Source: Azolla caroliniana (lineage: Eukaryota; Plantae; Polypodiophyta). From it: a stretch of 64,000 bases of DNA. A program made the position numbers and the translations under genes. The stretch is from NCBI GenBank assembly GCA_043228905.1, contig JBHGNT010000009.1, forward strand, positions 17,546,001 through 17,610,000, written 5' to 3'. The notes under the pieces were generated by a model, which did not search any database, was not told where the DNA came from, and saw only the letters and a list, made by a program, of their open reading frames with translations. Each line of letters starts with the position of its first letter. The stretch's first letter is position 1. Below, one piece after another: positions 61,283 to 64,000 of the stretch.

Positions 61283-64000
61283 TGTGTTGCCGCAAGGTGA
61301 TATGCACACATTTGGATCAATGCATTGGCCGAAAATTGAACGTGGGTGTGTACGGTGAGAGGGTGTTGAATACGAGTTTCTAATGGATGTATTCACACTG
61401 TCTCCTTTTGAACACACTACACTTAGGCTACTTATGTAAATAGTGAGAAGGACAGTTGTCCTAAGTTAGTCAGTATATAAACTGACTTTGTAACCTAGTT
61501 ATGTAGTGGTTGCTCAATTTTTTTAAAGAGTTGTAATAAACTTTTATTGACATTGTGCCTACCTATCTCTAACACTCTGTTGCGTATTTGTTGCATCTTA
61601 TTTTCGGCTCATGTTTCCATTTATCTTTCTCATTTGTACATAAACTTATGATCTTCAAATAGAGAGGGTCGACTAAGTTCCACATTAGATGGCGGTGTTT
61701 CCAACATCTGGTAGTAGAGCTTGGTCGTTTGTTTGATTTAGCTGCCGTCTTCTATCTAGTCTCCATCGACAACTCTCGTTTGTGTATCCTGAAGATCTTA
61801 GATGATCTCAACAGGCAACCTACAACAAGATTGTTTATGCAAAGAGAAACGTGACGAAGTCTGCACTCTACTATTCTAGATCACTCTTCGTTATGTGATC
61901 GTAGCCGCTCGGAGTGAGACTTCTATCTTGACTAGGCGAAATCGTTGCTTCACTCGGCTAGGCGGAAATCGAATAGGTCATCTGACATTTTTGTCCTACT
62001 CGTCGAAGTCACCTGAAGCAAACATGACTCTAGGGGCAACCCCAATTTGTGTTTCATTTGACTGAACGAAATTCGGGAGGACCAGTCGGATCCATCCCTC
62101 TCATCGCTGCAGTTAACGGAAACAGGATCGGCCTGGAGTATTGCATATAATCCGTGTTGAGAAATTTCGGAAAAATCGAATCATCAAATCCGGGTTCAAC
62201 TCGACTAAGTCAGTTGACAGTAGTCACTCCGAACAAGATTCATTGATATTCGTAATCAACACGACTTGTGTCCAACTTCGGCTAGAACGACATCGAGTGA
62301 TCCAAGCTGTTGCACTCCATCACAGTTCGTAGCTAAATCCAGACAAAGTCTATTATAGCAACACAGATGGTTTCAACATCCGGCTCGTTAGAAATGAGTG
62401 TAAGGAAGTTCGATGGATCGAACTTGAACTTTTGGAAGGAACAGATGCAGGACTATTTAATAGTGAAGGGGCAAATTGACCCCATTGAGAATGAAGACTT
62501 TCGAGAAGGATACTAGTCGCTTGAATGGGAAAAGCTTCACAGAATCGTCCGAGCCACCATTCGGATGCACCTATCGGAGTCTGTGTACTTCACGGTGCAA
62601 TCGTGTTCAACTGCCTTCCAACTACGGAAGACACTTTCAGACACTTACGAAAAGAAGGTCGCCGCCACCAAGATATACCTGATTCGGTGCCTTTATAACC
62701 TTTAGATGAAAGAGTCCGACTTGGTCCAAGCACACCTGAATGAGTACGAAAGCTTAAGCTCCCAAATTTCGGCCCTGGGGCCAATTATTGAGGATGAACT
62801 AAAAGCAATGCTGCTCATGAGTAGTCTCCCTCCCTCGTGGGAAACTTTCCTTACAACCGTGTGCAATGCGTCGACGGCTGTCGTTAAATACTCCTCAGTC
62901 ACGAGTGCAATTATGACAGAAGCAATTCAAAGAAAATCGTTTGCTAACGATTCAGTCAACAACGCTTACGTAGTACAAGGTTCGACCGACCGATCGAATA
63001 GTCGTGGAAGAAGTTCTTCACGACAGTCGAATAATCAACGAAGTCGGATCAAGTCCTAGGATAATCCAGTCTGCAACTATTGCAAGAAACCCAGACACAT
63101 CAAAGCCTATTGCCGTGCACTCAAGGCCAAAAACTATAAGGCTCAGCGAGCCGAGCAGAAGAGTGGCCGACACGAGGAGATCAACTACATCGGCTCTTCG
63201 GCTGAAGTATTGACAAACGACCCGAATATACTATCAATTGAGAACTCAGTCCAACCAGAAGTTCTGCTTATGACTGAAGAATCAAGCACGTGGCTCTTAG
63301 ATTCGGGTGCGTCCTTTTATGTGACTCCTCATCGATCCCAATTTCGGCAATACACGACCCGACATTCTGACTCAGTTCGGGTAGGAAATTTGCCACATTG
63401 CGACATAATTGGAATTGGCACGGTAGAGCTCAACCTTGCGGGTGGCTCTACATTAGTACTACACAATGTCCGACATGTACATGAGCTCTCATGACCACTG
63501 ATCTCAATCGAAAAATTGGATGAAGACGGCATCCGTGTTGGCTTCTCATAAAGAGGGTGGACACTCCACAGAGGGAACCTCCTGCTTGCTTGAGGACCGA
63601 AGATACATTCATTGTATCCTTTGCACGTCACACTTAGAGAGGGTGACATGTTTTTGGTTGACATTCCCATGTCATCACTCTAGCATGGACGACTTAGACA
63701 CCTTAGCAAGGGCGGCATCATGCACTTATTTGGAGCCGGATACATCCCCAAACTCTCCTTCTCAGATCATCAATTTTGCGAGCATTGCCAATACGGCAAG
63801 CAGATAGCCATAACACACCCTTCATTTACCCCAAGAGAATAGAGTCCGCTCGATTTGGTCCACTCGGACGTATGTGGTCCTATGCCACATCAATCCCTCG
63901 GTGGCGCTTTGTATTTTGTCAGCTTCATTGACGAATCGACTCGGAAGGTGTGGGCTTATCCGATCTAAACCAAAGATCGTGTCTTCTCGATCTTTTCCGA
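61283..64000 (+). mobile_element. Second Ty1/Copia element (5' LTR, PBS, gag-protease-integrase), running off the window edge
   Basis: LTR ends ...CCAACA at 61706; its start is approximate. PBS-like TGGTAGTAGAGC at 61709-61720. Gag from 62367 'VRKFDGSNLNFWKEQMQDYL', 'LLMSSLPPSWE', CNYCKKPRHI. Protease WLLDSGASFYVT. Integrase DLVHSDVCGPM..YFVSFIDESTRKVW. Confidence 0.92.

Overview
Eukaryotic land-plant nuclear DNA with GT-AG introns, microsatellites and many nested transposons. The style of the PLS-type PPR fragment and the gene set suggest a fern, but that is inference. The supplied ORF track ignores introns and uses alternative starts, so I rebuilt the gene models by hand. A gene island at about 20-44 kb holds four apparently intact genes: (1) a 12-exon plastid RNase E/G (RNE, minus, 20008-28985, about 1520 aa) with a CBM20-like domain and an unusually long, repeat-expanded N-terminus; (2) a single-exon secreted IDA/IDL-like peptide precursor (minus, 29876-30265); (3) a 9-exon stress-responsive A/B-barrel (Dabb) protein (plus, 37053-39748); (4) a 3-exon conserved plant protein of unknown function (minus, 41653-43690). 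The flanks are transposon-rich. They include a full-length but decayed Copia element (54434-60194, with LTRs, PBS, PPT and TSD) sitting between ORF1 and ORF2 of an atypical LINE, and a second Copia running off the right edge. There are also Gypsy/chromovirus remnants, solo LTRs, a Mutator-derived miniature element in (TA)n, and a hAT element (49237-52355) inside a Gypsy integrase that carries a captured PLS-PPR gene fragment. The leading candidates for follow-up are the PPR-carrying 'Pack-hAT', the IDA-like peptide, and the RNase E exon duplication that also duplicated its splice acceptor.
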